Shown: positions 29,378 through 40,200 of the stretch, piece after piece
How the letters are laid out: every line of letters starts with the position of its first letter
Position numbering within the stretch: the first letter of the stretch is position 1
From: Pseudomonadota bacterium
GTDB taxonomy: Bacteria > Bdellovibrionota_C > UBA2361 > OMII01
Reading direction: 5' to 3'
Assembly (NCBI GenBank): GCA_046300175.1
Contig: JBKCMS010000067.1
Coordinates: 5,417-69,416 of the forward strand
DNA: 64,000 nucleotides
Position numbers and translations under genes: made by a program
Notes under the pieces: model-generated
What the model was told of the DNA's origin: nothing
The model's input: the letters and a program-made list of their open reading frames with translations, nothing else
The model's database searches: none

Positions 29378-30913
29378 TTACTTTATTTTTTTAAAATCAC
29401 CGGGTTTCCAGCTTCTCTTAATCGCTGCCTCAGTCGGCCCGTAAAGCCTCAGCACGGCGAAGTAACCCTTACCAGGTACCGTCGCCAACCAATTCGAGTG
29501 TTTGCCCTCGAATACCTGAGGGCCAAAATAGAGATCGGTGCTGCCGTCGTCATTTTGCACAGGATTGTCTCTCGAGCCAAGCGATGGAAACGGCTGGCCA
29601 TTAGCAAGTCCCGATGCGTTTTCGGCCTCATAAAGTGTTACTGACCAGAAATTAGCAGCGGGGATATTAGCTGGTAGATTTAAACGATAGTTAACTCCTC
29701 CAGACAGGGGCGTGCCGTCTCCATCAGTAAATGCGATCATATAAGCCGCACCTTTACCGGGTATCTTCGAGAGCATCCCAGGACTGACCGAGTAATAATT
29801 AGTAAAAAACCAGATGCGGGCATCGAGGTCGAGGTATCCTCCCGAAAGATTCTTCCAGGAGAGATCCAAAGCCTTGTGTGGTCCTGGTGGCGTTATGTTA
29901 TCGAGGGGATTTATCCAACGACGATCCTGATAAACCCTGAGCGATCCCTGGTTCAGGACCTCCTCGAAACCAATGACGCGGCTCATCTTGTATGCCGTCT
30001 TGGCGGCCCGATCAAGGATCTCTCGAGTCCGCGCATCGGGCTTGAAAGGCTGGCCCTTTATGATGCCGATCGCCGCTAACATCCCGAGTGAATCCGACTC
30101 TGCCAGGTTGTTTCCTTCCGAGTCCACGAGATCCTTGAGTTGATCAAACGCACGTCCATCAGCGGTTGGCAACATATTCACTGGCACCCCTGAGGCATCG
30201 GGAAATACCATCGGTTTGGCGGTGGCTTCACCTTTTAAAGGATAGATCTTTGCTTGCTCAATTAGCGCAACCGCCGGCCTCAAATTCTTAGGATCCTGAT
30301 AGAAGCCCCGGAGAAAGATAAATACGTTGTTAGTTCCAGAACGGTAGACGAAGTATCCTTGAGGAACGTCTCCCGCATATCCGGGTGGCAGGATGAGAAA
30401 TTTGCCACCCTTGCCGGCATCTGGACCTGTTAGGCCAACATCACCTTGGAATTTGCCACCATCGACAGGTATGGGACGTTGCCAAAAATCGAGCAAGATA
30501 CCTTGCAACATAGGAGGCGCCTCAAACACCAGCGGACCATCCTTTCCGAGGTCAACATAGCTCATCGCGTAGATCACATCAGAGTTTGGTGTAGTAACTA
30601 GAGTCTTTGCATCGAGTCTCTTCTTCCAAATCGGCAGCACGTTGTATCCAGCGCCGAAAGTGCTCTCTGAACCGGTCTTCATGCCGAGCGTGTTGATTAG
30701 GGGTAGCGCCCAGAGATAGGTTTGAGTCGCGCGCTGAAACAGCAATTCGTCGCGTAATATCTGGGCGACTTCATTTCCAGGTCGATTCTCTGTGAATGAG
30801 GCGTTTGCCAATTCATCAAAGCGCGAAGTTTGTGCTTTAGCCTCGGAGGCTATTATAGCGCAGGCAATCGCGGTAATAACAAGCGCGTAATTTCGGAGTG
30901 TTAGTGATGACAT
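29378..30913 (-). CDS. secreted DUF1254/DUF1214-type protein
   Basis: Signal peptide, QRATQTYLWALPLIN (DUF1254-like). C-terminal ANFWSVTLYE...YFAVLRLYGP (DUF1214-like). Confidence 0.75.
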   Translation of the reverse strand: MSSLTLRNYALVITAIACAIIASEAKAQTSRFDELANASFTENRPGNEVAQILRDELLFQRATQTYLWALPLINTLGMKTGSESTFGAGYNVLPIWKKRLDAKTLVTTPNSDVIYAMSYVDLGKDGPLVFEAPPMLQGILLDFWQRPIPVDGGKFQGDVGLTGPDAGKGGKFLILPPGYAGDVPQGYFVYRSGTNNVFIFLRGFYQDPKNLRPAVALIEQAKIYPLKGEATAKPMVFPDASGVPVNMLPTADGRAFDQLKDLVDSEGNNLAESDSLGMLAAIGIIKGQPFKPDARTREILDRAAKTAYKMSRVIGFEEVLNQGSLRVYQDRRWINPLDNITPPGPHKALDLSWKNLSGGYLDLDARIWFFTNYYSVSPGMLSKIPGKGAAYMIAFTDGDGTPLSGGVNYRLNLPANIPAANFWSVTLYEAENASGLANGQPFPSLGSRDNPVQNDDGSTDLYFGPQVFEGKHSNWLATVPGKGYFAVLRLYGPTEAAIKRSWKPGDFKKIK

Positions 30914-30961
30914 AGAAGCTTCAAAAAATTGACAGATACGCGTTGTTAGACACTGTGCAGA

Positions 30962-32434
30962 TTACCTAACCCGCTCTATATCTGGCAAAACCCAAGACCG
31001 ATCAAAGTACGCTTGAGTTGGGCCGTAGAGTCGAAAATAAGAGAACCAACCTTTGCCTGGAAGCGTCTGGATCCAATTGCTCGTTGGTTTGCCACTTGGA
31101 GCGCTCGGCCCGAAGAAGAGGTCAACGCTGCCGTCAGCATTCTTGACTATGTCATTGCGAGAAGACCGATCTGGTTGAGCCCCGGTATCAACAAAGCAAC
31201 GAGTTTCGTTATCATATACAGTGACCGACCAGAACTGGGCAACGGGCGCGTCCTTGGGGATTTTTAGGTGATAGGTATTGCTGCCACTCAGCCAGTTGCC
31301 CTCACTATCTTTTGCGGTTTCGAGGTAGAGTTGGCCAAAACCAACCGTTCGTCCCATCATGCCGGTAGAAACACCTACTGCCTCGTAGAACCAAGAGGAG
31401 CGTTCGTCTAACTGGGTGTGATGCGCAGCCTCTTGGCTGGTCTCTTTCAAGAAAAGCGAGATATCCCAGTGCTTGCCAGGCCAAACCGCTGCTCCTTCAA
31501 AGCGCTTTTTGTAAGCGATTGTGCGAGCCATCACCTCACCTGTTAAAGAGGCCTCTTGTAAAATCTTCTTTTGCCTTGCGGTCGGAGCGAATGGCTTACC
31601 CTTTTCTATGCCCAGAGGTTGCAGCATACCCATCATCATACGATCACGCTCGTGAACTGGTTCTTCGTTGATGATTCGGGCCAGGCCCTCCCAATAAGCT
31701 AGCCCACGAGGTTGTATGCCGCTCCACTTGCGACCGTTGGGAGAAACGTGACGAGTCGGAGGCGGATTCTCTCGCCGGCTATAGGGGTACATCTTCAAAC
31801 CATCAATCAGTGCTCGTGCCTTGACTGCATCTGGATCGAGAGCGCGGTGAGCGGACCAGATATTCACCGTAGGGGAGCGGAATACGAAATACCCTTCAGG
31901 CCTCATATCTGGGTCATCAGGACCAAGGATTAAGTACTTGCCCCCTGCGCCTTTGTCCGGTCCTGTTTGTCCGGAGTCGGTAATAGGGCGTTGCCAAAAA
32001 TCGGTGAAGCCCCCCGCAGTCGGGCCAGCAGGAATTTCAAAGACCAGCGGCCCGGTCTCCTTTAAATTGGGAAATGCCATGATGTACGGAGTAGTAGCAT
32101 TCGCCGTTAATAGGCCAAGCTTATCTTGAAATGTGAGGTAGTCCACGTAGTCGTTTTTGCCAGCTCCAAACTTAACAAGATGCTCGGTTTGCCACTGTTG
32201 CATAGCCATCAGCGGTAAGGCCCAAAGGTAAGCTTGACAGGCCCGCTGGTAGTCAATTTCGTCAAAAATGTTTTCTACCGTGGAAGCACTAGGGTATCCG
32301 CTCGACAGTTCAAGTTTGCCAGATCTAGTTTCGATACTGCCGGTCGTTGGTAAATCCTGTGCATCGACTACGGCGGATGTCCAAAAGAGTATAACTGTTG
32401 TGGCGATAGCTGCTATGGGATTAAAGTTTTTCAT
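30962..32434 (-). CDS. secreted DUF1254/DUF1214-type protein (paralog of 29378-30913)
   Basis: Signal peptide, QRACQAYLWALPLMA, AQFWSVTVYD...WFSYFRLYGP. Colinear with its neighbour. Confidence 0.75.
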   Translation of the reverse strand: MKNFNPIAAIATTVILFWTSAVVDAQDLPTTGSIETRSGKLELSSGYPSASTVENIFDEIDYQRACQAYLWALPLMAMQQWQTEHLVKFGAGKNDYVDYLTFQDKLGLLTANATTPYIMAFPNLKETGPLVFEIPAGPTAGGFTDFWQRPITDSGQTGPDKGAGGKYLILGPDDPDMRPEGYFVFRSPTVNIWSAHRALDPDAVKARALIDGLKMYPYSRRENPPPTRHVSPNGRKWSGIQPRGLAYWEGLARIINEEPVHERDRMMMGMLQPLGIEKGKPFAPTARQKKILQEASLTGEVMARTIAYKKRFEGAAVWPGKHWDISLFLKETSQEAAHHTQLDERSSWFYEAVGVSTGMMGRTVGFGQLYLETAKDSEGNWLSGSNTYHLKIPKDAPVAQFWSVTVYDNETRCFVDTGAQPDRSSRNDIVKNADGSVDLFFGPSAPSGKPTSNWIQTLPGKGWFSYFRLYGPTQAYFDRSWVLPDIERVR

Positions 32435-32696
32435 GTATAGAGAGCGCTTCTAAACAGGTTAATGAATAAAAGAAAATAATTACGAATTTGCGTAGTTTCA
32501 CCAAATGATTCAATTTCAGTGGGCCACCACAGCATAACCCTTGCAGAAGGCTTGGTCTTGGTCAAGTAAGGTCTGCTAATTGAAGCTAGGACCTTAATAC
32601 TGGAAAGGCGGATGAGTAAGCTACATGTATCCTAACCTAGACTGCTGGCTTCCTGGATACTTTTGCTGCTTCTGCAGCACGGTCTGATTGTTAGAA

Positions 32697-32832
32697 AAGC
32701 CAATTTCCCGTTCGTAAGCAGCTGATGTTCCGAAGGTTGCTTAACCGAAAGGACTTGCTTTGGGGTCAGATCAAGCTGAGGTTCGGAGTGTTGAGTTGCA
32801 GGTCTATCAAGTAGTTCGGTGAGCTCGTGAGC
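32697..32832 (+). repeat. dispersed repeat family C, copy 2
   Basis: Matches 28820-28956. The ORF 32632-32889(-) is probably just this repeat. Confidence 0.8.
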
Positions 32833-33069
32833 AAGCCACCATTTCTCATAGAGGTAAAATCCGGATCGGTAGTTCGTAAGGAAGAGCACAGTAACTTGAA
32901 AAATTTCTCAAAAGATATCTCTGAGAGTATTCCACTCTGCCTGTGCAGCGGGTCAGAGTCTTGGAGCTTTGGAGAAGTAGAATGTGTACCTTAGCAGGAT
33001 GGGATTAATCGTATTACGCTTGAAGCCTGAGACTTATCAAAAAGCCTCGCTGATCTATCAGCGAAGTAG

Positions 33070-33243
33070 ATGCCGATAGATTCATGTAGCCGCAGTGGGG
33101 TGTGCCCTTCCTGTCGGGCAAAGCGCGCTATAAAGTTTGCAGAGCACCTCTATAACGAGGTTGCTGCGGACGTACCCTATCGTCAGACAGTCTTTGGAAC
33201 ACCTAAACGCCTACGCGTCATCTTAAGTGCGGCCGTCGGCTAA
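33070..33243 (+). pseudogene. fragment of IS91-family transposase (N-terminal zinc-binding domain only)
   Basis: 57-codon ORF MPIDSCSRSGVCPSCRAKRAIKFAEHLYNEVAADVPYRQTVFGTPKRLRVIL. It resembles the C..RG.CPSC..KR...FAE.L...V.P.VP.RQ.VF..PK.LR signature. No catalytic domain follows. Confidence 0.55.
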
Positions 33244-33257
33244 GCTCCATACTAAAC

Positions 33258-33385
33258 TCAGCCTCATTTATTTTTGAGGAAATGAATGAGAACAACTGGG
33301 AGAGTGCAATCTTGGCGTAGCCAAGATTGCGCTCGCCCTGCTATTGCGAGTGATATTTTTCAAAAACCACTCGCGCAGGGTTTAG
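33258..33385 (+). mobile_element. miniature (~130 bp) derivative of the IS630-like element (modules A+B)
   Basis: Three hairpins:
- cctcatttatttttgaggaaatgaatgag
- palindrome gggagagtgcaatcttggcgtagccaagattgcgctcgccc
- gcgagtgatatttttcaaaaaccactcgc
Both end modules also flank the transposase remnants at 41974-42240, and one lies at 28695-28762. Confidence 0.7.
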
Positions 33386-33421
33386 TAAAACCATCGAGCA
33401 TCGGTTTTTGCAAAAGTTGTG

Positions 33422-34453
33422 CTACGCAGCAGCCTGTAAGGAGCTATCTAATAACGGTTCATAGAGGCACCGTGGAGTGCGATGAAAGAGGTCTCGCTTA
33501 ATCATCAGATAGTTAATGCACCTAATGTATCCAGAGAAGCGCTCACGAAGTTCGTCGATAACAGCGCTAAACTCAGCGTAGCCTGAAGCCTCAATAACTA
33601 GCTCGAGTTTGCATCCTCCTAGCTGCTGTATGTATTCAAGAACCTGAGGATGATCTTTGCAGTAACTGTGGAACTCCTGCTCCTGCGCAGCATCGTAGCT
33701 GCGCGGCTGAACCTGAACATTAAATAGAGTCATGTCGAGCCGCGAACGATCGATGTCAATGCGATATCCGGCGATAACTCCAAGCTTCTCCAATTTATCA
33801 AGCCTGTATGAGACTATAGCTGGGGTCGTATTCAGGTGCTGCGCTAGTTCGGTAACTGAAAGTCTAGAATTTCTTGAGACTAGTGAAATGATCCCAGCTT
33901 CAATTAGGTCGAGTGAGTACTGATCAGGAGCTGTACCGATAGCGACTTCAGGGAGGGTGAAGTGCCACCCTGGTCCCTCGTTAGTTTTTGAGCCTAGTAG
34001 ATACTTTTTCGGAAACCACCAGTTGTTGACGAAGGTATACACATCGTAAGTAGTGACCACATCGCTGAAATCAGAGAACAGCTGATTCTGAATATCATAA
34101 GCTTCCTTAGGAGAACGGGCGGCTATTACCCAGATGAGGTCCCATGAACCGTAACACTCAGCGAGCCAGAACGTGTTTGGGTGCTTATTGAGAAATTCAA
34201 CAAGTTGCGACCACCGATCACGATTAGACTCAAGCTTTAGGTAGGTTTTGTAAATCGTATATCCAAGCTTGTATGGATTTATAAGGGCCGAGCATCCACG
34301 GAGAATACCTGTGGTCTGCATGCGCTGAAGCCTGCTGATAACAAGGTCTCTACCAAGTCGCACACGTCGGGACACCTCTGATAGTGGTCGCCGTGAGTTG
34401 CAGTCTAGCTCAAAAAGAATTCGGCGGTCATAGGCGTCCAGTGATTGCGACAT
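33422..34453 (-). CDS. tandem (duplicated) Lrp/AsnC-family transcriptional regulator
   Basis: Two HTH+RAM modules:
- LDAYDRRILFELDCNSRRPLSEVSRRVRLGRDLVISRLQRMQTTGIL
- LDLIEAGIISLVSRNSRLSVTELAQHLNTTPAIVSYRLDKLEKLGVI
The ATG at 34453 has AAGGA upstream; the ORF track starts earlier, at 34567. Confidence 0.8.
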   Translation of the reverse strand: MSQSLDAYDRRILFELDCNSRRPLSEVSRRVRLGRDLVISRLQRMQTTGILRGCSALINPYKLGYTIYKTYLKLESNRDRWSQLVEFLNKHPNTFWLAECYGSWDLIWVIAARSPKEAYDIQNQLFSDFSDVVTTYDVYTFVNNWWFPKKYLLGSKTNEGPGWHFTLPEVAIGTAPDQYSLDLIEAGIISLVSRNSRLSVTELAQHLNTTPAIVSYRLDKLEKLGVIAGYRIDIDRSRLDMTLFNVQVQPRSYDAAQEQEFHSYCKDHPQVLEYIQQLGGCKLELVIEASGYAEFSAVIDELRERFSGYIRCINYLMIKRDLFHRTPRCLYEPLLDSSLQAAA

Positions 34454-34620
34454 AGTGAATCCTTGCGTCTGAGGGCCACGTAGCAAACAGACGTAGCTCA
34501 CATCTTGATAATTACCGTCGTATCGGATTTCAAGGGTAAACAACAATTCAGTTCTTTTTTGGCTCAATCCCGCGATAAAGTGCTCTTAATATCTCAAATT
34601 TAGGTCCATTAAAGCCAATT

Positions 34621-34690
34621 TAGTCATGGATGTCGCTAAAAGTCTTGCCAGTGTAGAAGGCATGGACCTTCGCACGCTGCTGTATTCATC
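34621..34690. repeat. dispersed repeat family F, copy 2
   Basis: gatgtcgctaaaagtcttgccagtgtagaaggcatggaccttcgcac resembles gatgtccagcaaaagccttgccagttttacaggcacggacttttgcac at 16948-16996. Confidence 0.6.
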
Positions 34691-34766
34691 GAAATTATCG
34701 CCGGCACCTCAGATCAAATAATTTAGACCGATTTGCTCTGATAAATGAGCCAAACTCAAGAGCCGC

Positions 34767-35837
34767 TTGGCGCGCGATGCTAAGCCGTTCACATTGGCAG
34801 AACGAAATAACGTAATCAAAGGGGTTATGAGCAAATTGGAACTGGCATCAAAAATATCATGCATCGCGGTTGTCGATAAGCAGGGAGCGAATTCATCAAG
34901 CTGCGCGAAAAACTACTTCTTAGTAGCGGCTGCGTATGTATCCTGGGGTGTGTTACCGATCTTTTGGTCTTACCTTTCGCACGTGGATCCAATCACAGTG
35001 CTGTATCAAAGAACCGTGTGGTCTTCCGTATTCTTGGGGATTTTATTGCTCGCTAGAGGTAAGCTGCTCTCTGCTTTTAAGTCGATGGCATCATTTAGGC
35101 AGCTAGGAACCACATCTCTATCAACATGCTGCCTCGGTCTTAACTGGTTTTCATACGTTTGGGCCATGAAACAGAATGAATTGTTTGCAGCTGGCCTTGC
35201 GTACTATCTCTGCCCGCTGCTGACGATGTCTGGAGCAGCGTTGATATTCAAAGAGAGATTTACTATCAGACAAAAAGTCGCGATACTTCTTCTTATAGCT
35301 GGAGTTTCGGTGCCAGCAATTAGCAGTGGTGAGTTGCCGGTATTGGCGCTGGTCATCGCTACTTCTTGGAGCGCATACACCCTATTAAGGCGCCATTTCG
35401 ATCGGCCAGCATTGACGGCAATTTGGTGTGAGGCGCTCACTCTGGCCGTTGTGCTATCTGTGCTTCTACCCCTGTTATATGGAATGAGTGCTGTTATCCC
35501 AGCGACTACAGCACCGTCTGACATCGCTCTGTTCATCACATCAGGTATAGTGACGGCAGTTCCGATCGTTTGGCTGGTAAATGGAATGCGGACGGTGCCG
35601 GTAAAGATGGTGGGACTGCTGCAATACCTAAGTCCGACACTCACCTTGATAACTTCTGTGCTATTTTTTCAGGCTGAGCCAACTAGCCCGCAGGTTTTAT
35701 GTATATTGTTCATCTGGAGCGGTCTAATTGTATTCTTTATCTCCGAACTTGGGTTGGTCAAAGTGTTTCGTCCAGAGGGAAAGAGTCAGCAAGCATTCGT
35801 TCGCCCACCTATTTCTATTCACTCTCTTAGAAAATGA
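34767..35837 (+). CDS. rarD: RarD/EamA-type (DMT superfamily) transporter
   Basis: Ten predicted TM helices in two EamA halves; N-terminal AAAYVSWGVLPIFW, typical of RarD. Start uncertain: TTG at 34767, with ATG at 34827 an alternative. Confidence 0.7.
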   Translation: MARDAKPFTLAERNNVIKGVMSKLELASKISCIAVVDKQGANSSSCAKNYFLVAAAYVSWGVLPIFWSYLSHVDPITVLYQRTVWSSVFLGILLLARGKLLSAFKSMASFRQLGTTSLSTCCLGLNWFSYVWAMKQNELFAAGLAYYLCPLLTMSGAALIFKERFTIRQKVAILLLIAGVSVPAISSGELPVLALVIATSWSAYTLLRRHFDRPALTAIWCEALTLAVVLSVLLPLLYGMSAVIPATTAPSDIALFITSGIVTAVPIVWLVNGMRTVPVKMVGLLQYLSPTLTLITSVLFFQAEPTSPQVLCILFIWSGLIVFFISELGLVKVFRPEGKSQQAFVRPPISIHSLRK

Positions 35838-35874
35838 ATGATACTGAAGGCTTGAGCCTCTGCCTTGGTAATCG

Positions 35875-36561
35875 CTATCCCTTAATTAATTCGGCTTGGC
35901 TAAGCTCCAGCAGGGTGCCGTGAAGTACCGTGTGTTCATCTTCATCTCCTATCACCACAAGATTGGCATCTGCTGATATCGAGGAGCTAAGTTTGGATAT
36001 GGCAGCATGAGCTGCTATCAATGCGTGGGAGGCTGCAAGTGGGCCCTGCGAAAGCATGTTCTTAACCAAAGGGAGCGCAAGAAAGGTATTCGCTAGCTCA
36101 GTCATTGGTACGCTGCCAGCAAAGTTTAGGCTACCCCTAACGTGCTCTGGCTGGAATCCTCGTGCCAACTCCCACAACACAATAGACGAAGATACATCAT
36201 CTTCGATATCGATTGGATGGCGCCGGTCGCCAGTAAAGATAAGAGCCAATCGCACGTCAAACGAGTTTGACGCGAAACGTCGGCTGTAAGTCGCATATAC
36301 CTCTTCGCCGATAGAGCGCATCTTTGGTGCAAGCTGCTGCCAGGAAGTGTAACTAGCAAGGGCGCTAGCAAGTAAGCTGAGCATATCTATAGCCGGCTGC
36401 AGGGTGCCTGCATGGGCGGCATAGACCCCTGATGCTACGCGAACTAGCTTGGGTGCAGTGACCGGATAGAACGATCCCCCGGCAGTATGGGCCTTCTGAC
36501 CGAGAGAGTCAGCTAGGATAGCAGTGTAACTACGTTCCTGATGAACAAGAAAAATTGACAT
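35875..36561 (-). CDS. hypothetical protein
   Basis: ORF with GAAGGA Shine-Dalgarno before the ATG at 36561. No confident family. Confidence 0.5.
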   Translation of the reverse strand: MSIFLVHQERSYTAILADSLGQKAHTAGGSFYPVTAPKLVRVASGVYAAHAGTLQPAIDMLSLLASALASYTSWQQLAPKMRSIGEEVYATYSRRFASNSFDVRLALIFTGDRRHPIDIEDDVSSSIVLWELARGFQPEHVRGSLNFAGSVPMTELANTFLALPLVKNMLSQGPLAASHALIAAHAAISKLSSSISADANLVVIGDEDEHTVLHGTLLELSQAELIKG

Positions 36562-36844
36562 ATATCCTTCTCTAAAAGTGCACCGCAAAAGTGCGCAGTG
36601 GAACCCGGGCCGCCGCTGATAATTATAGCAGCTAATCTAAACTAAGCATCATTCATTGTAACTACTCGCCGGTATAAAAGGTTATGGTTCATTCTTCAAG
36701 TTTAATTATCGCCATTTCGTTGATCATTATTTCTTGTTATGCCCTGATCGGGGATGCAGGATTTTTGGTGGGTAGTTACCATTAATTGTTGACTGGGGTT
36801 GTGAATTTTCACAATACTTGACTGAGAGAAGGGATATTTTACAA

Positions 36845-37210
36845 ATGATATCGGCAGACACGTACATTTTTCACATCGTGTTCAAAGACAACTGGCAAGC
36901 AGCACGAGCAGAGTCCGAGTATCTTGGGGACACTCTAAGTACAGAGGGCTTTATTCACTGCTCTACTGAGGAGCAAGTAGTTCGGACTGCTAATCGGGTC
37001 TTTAGAGGGCGAAAGGGGCTAGTCGTATTAAAGATAAACTGCCAAGAGGTTGTCTCTCCAATCATCTATGAGGACACATCCGGCACAGGCGAGGATTTCC
37101 CACATATATATGGACCGTTAAACGTATCAGCTGTGGATAGCATCCAGGAATTAACTCTCGGCGCCGATGGCTTATTCGTGCCTCTTTCACAGCAGTGGAA
37201 AGCGCCGTAG
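36845..37210 (+). CDS. DUF952-family protein
   Basis: IFHIV...W..A...Y.GD.LS.EGFIHCST..Q......FRG...LVVL.I......I.YED....EDFPHIYGPLNVSAV. Confidence 0.8.
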   Translation: MISADTYIFHIVFKDNWQAARAESEYLGDTLSTEGFIHCSTEEQVVRTANRVFRGRKGLVVLKINCQEVVSPIIYEDTSGTGEDFPHIYGPLNVSAVDSIQELTLGADGLFVPLSQQWKAP

Positions 37211-37270
37211 CATCTCATGCGATACAGCTCTCTGCCAATAAATGGCAATTAAAGATATTTTCTCGCCCAG

Positions 37271-40200
37271 TTAGGCTCTGAATGATATCCGCGCTAAAGT
37301 CGATTCGGTTAGCGAATAAACCTGACCAAGAGTAGTCTCCTTACGCTTATCAAATATTATTGTAAATGTATTGCTTCGGCCGAATTGGAATAGTTGTGGT
37401 TCGCGCTGCACTAGCTCCAAAGCACGTAAACCATCGACTCGAGTGTTATGCGTTGGCTTATGTCCATCTCTGAGAAGGGCTATTGGACTAAAACTGAAGG
37501 CAGCTTTAGCAGGCGTGACATCAGCTTTAACTATACCATGTCGCCTCAGAAGGCTACGATAGCGCATGATAACGAGGAGATTATCAACCTCATCACCGTA
37601 GGGACCGAATCGATCTTCTAATTCACTCTGAATATCAAATGCCTCATCATCAGATCGCAGATTGGATAGTCGCTGATACAGTACAAGCCTCTCACCTATA
37701 TCAGGTACATATGTCTCGGGGATAAAAGCGTCGACACCAACGATACGAATCTCAGGGTCGATTGTGTCCTCAAGGAGGGGCTCATTGCCTCTTAGATCGG
37801 CGACTGCCTCTTGTAGAATCCGGCAGTACATGTCAAAGCCAACCGACAGCACGCTCCCAGATTGCTCTTTGCCTAGCAGGTTCCCAGCTCCACGTATCTC
37901 CAGGTCGCGAATTGCTAAATTAAAGCCGGCACCTAAAGTGTCAAGTGATTGCAGGACCTTCAGGCGCTCATGGGCCTCGCCGGTAAGCGACCGTAGGTGA
38001 GGCACTATTAGGTATGCGTAAGCTTGACGCTTGCCTCGACCTACACGACCCCGCAACTGATAAAGCTGAGCCAGTCCGAACTGGTCAGCGCGATCAATTA
38101 TCATCGTATTTGCATTTGGCACATCGAGGCCTGACTCAATAATTGTGGTCGAGATCAAAACGTCGAATTCACGATCAACAAAACGTTTCATGATCCTCTC
38201 AAGAGTTGCCTCAGGCATTTGTCCGTGAGCGAATTCAAAGCGCGCCTCGGGTACTAGCTCGGCTAGATGCGCAGCCACAACGCCGATATTTTGCACCCTG
38301 TTATGAATATAAAACGCCTGGCCGCCGCGTCGAATCTCTCTCAGGATCGCATCGCGCACCAAGGCATCGTCCCGCTCTGCTACGTAAGTTTGAACAACAC
38401 GCCGATCAACAGGGGCTGTCTGAATCAGGCTAATATCGCGGATATCTAAGAGCGACATGTGCAGTGTGCGAGGGATCGGCGTTGCGGTTAGGGTCAGAAC
38501 ATCAACATTAGCTCTGTATGACCGCAGACGCTCCTTCTGCTTAACTCCGAAACGGTGCTCTTCATCTATAATTAGAAGACCCAGATCCTTAAATGTGACA
38601 TCGTGTTGCAATAAACGATGAGTTCCTATTACGATATCTATGTCGCCTGCAGCTACAGCTTGAAGTGTCTGTTCATTTTCGCCAGTCGAGTAAAAACGAC
38701 TGATTGCCCCGACCTTAACCGGATAACCAGCAAATCGTTCTTCAAAATTCTTTTTATGCTGCTCGACTAGAATGGTGGTCGGCACGAGAAGAGCCACCTG
38801 CCTAGCATGCTGGGTGCATTTAAAAGCGGCGCGGATAGCCACTTCGGTTTTACCGAAGCCTACGTCGCCACAGACTAGGCGGTCCATCGGTTTGTCAGCA
38901 GCCATATCATTGATGGTTTCTTCGATCGCTTTGCGCTGATCGGGGGTCTCATCGTAGGGAAATGCGTCAGAAAAGCGTTCGTCCTCAGCGCCGTAGGGTT
39001 CAAATCGCCATCCCTTGCTGACTGAACGCGAAGCGTAAAGGCGGATGAGGTCACCAGCTAAGGTGACAATCGAATCTCTCACCTTCTGTTTAGTGCGTGC
39101 CCATCGAGTTGAGCTGAGCTTGTCGACTACTGGAGCCTGGCCCTCTGCTCCGACAAATTTTTGGATCTTACCGATCTGATGTGCCGGTAGGTACAGGGTA
39201 CTATCGGCGTACTCGATGTGCAGGAAATCCCCTAAAACACCGTCAACAGTGAGGTGTTTGAGTCCCTTGTAAACGCCCACCCCATAGTCGATATGAACCA
39301 GATAGTCTCCGTCTTTAAGGAGAGAGAGTGTGCTCAATATACGCTTAGCACTAACTCGTGGAGCTTTACCGGATCGATAGGAGCGCTCTCCAAAGACCTC
39401 ATTTTCCGCCAAAAAGCATAGCTTGTCGCTTGGTATTCGAAAGCCTGATGTGATGTGGCCAACGATTATTGCAACCGCCGATCGTCGAGGTGAATCAATC
39501 CAGCCCATGCCGCAGGCGGTTACAATCGGCGCATCAGTGCCCAGATCCAGAAGAATTGATTGAAGTCGCTGGGCGCGTGAGAGGGAGCCAACCGTGAGAG
39601 CAACAGAGAAATCTTTTTTACGCCATTGATTTAAAAATGCCTTCAACGGAGCGAATGCCGAGCCTGAGCCAATCTGAGTGCGCATCTGAGTGGCTAGCTC
39701 AGTAACGCTTTCAGCTCGAAGGTTAATTAGTGTTCTAGGGCTTGACGCCGGCGAATCGGGCCCAGCGATAGAGGAAATCTCACAGCGAGTTCTGACAGAT
39801 AACTCACGGACCACGGTGTCGTGGTCGAGATATATCTCATCTGCTAGAGGCAATAGGTGCTGGTCTTCTAGTAAGCGCAGGGCGCGCTCACGGGCTGTGT
39901 GAGAGAATTCATCTATCGCACGCTGGCACTGGTACGAATCGATCGTGCAGATCGGTACATTGCTCGGCACTACATCGAGAATGCCAGGAAGGTGCGGGTG
40001 AGCAATAAATTGAATCAGTTCAATGCCCGGATAGTCCTCTCGCTGCTGCATAGCCAGTACTACCTTCTCTACTATGCGGGCGTGAGTTCCGGTTTGAGTT
40101 GCACGCTCCTTGATTCGGTGTGCGGAATTGATTGGATCATATACCTCTGTCAGACACAGGGATAGCTCACGCACCGGGAGAATGGTGATAGATTCCTTAT

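Noticed and set aside
32632-32889. 85-aa ORF as a gene
   Set aside because: It is almost entirely encoded by repeat family C. The other copy, at 28820-28956, has stops in the equivalent frame.
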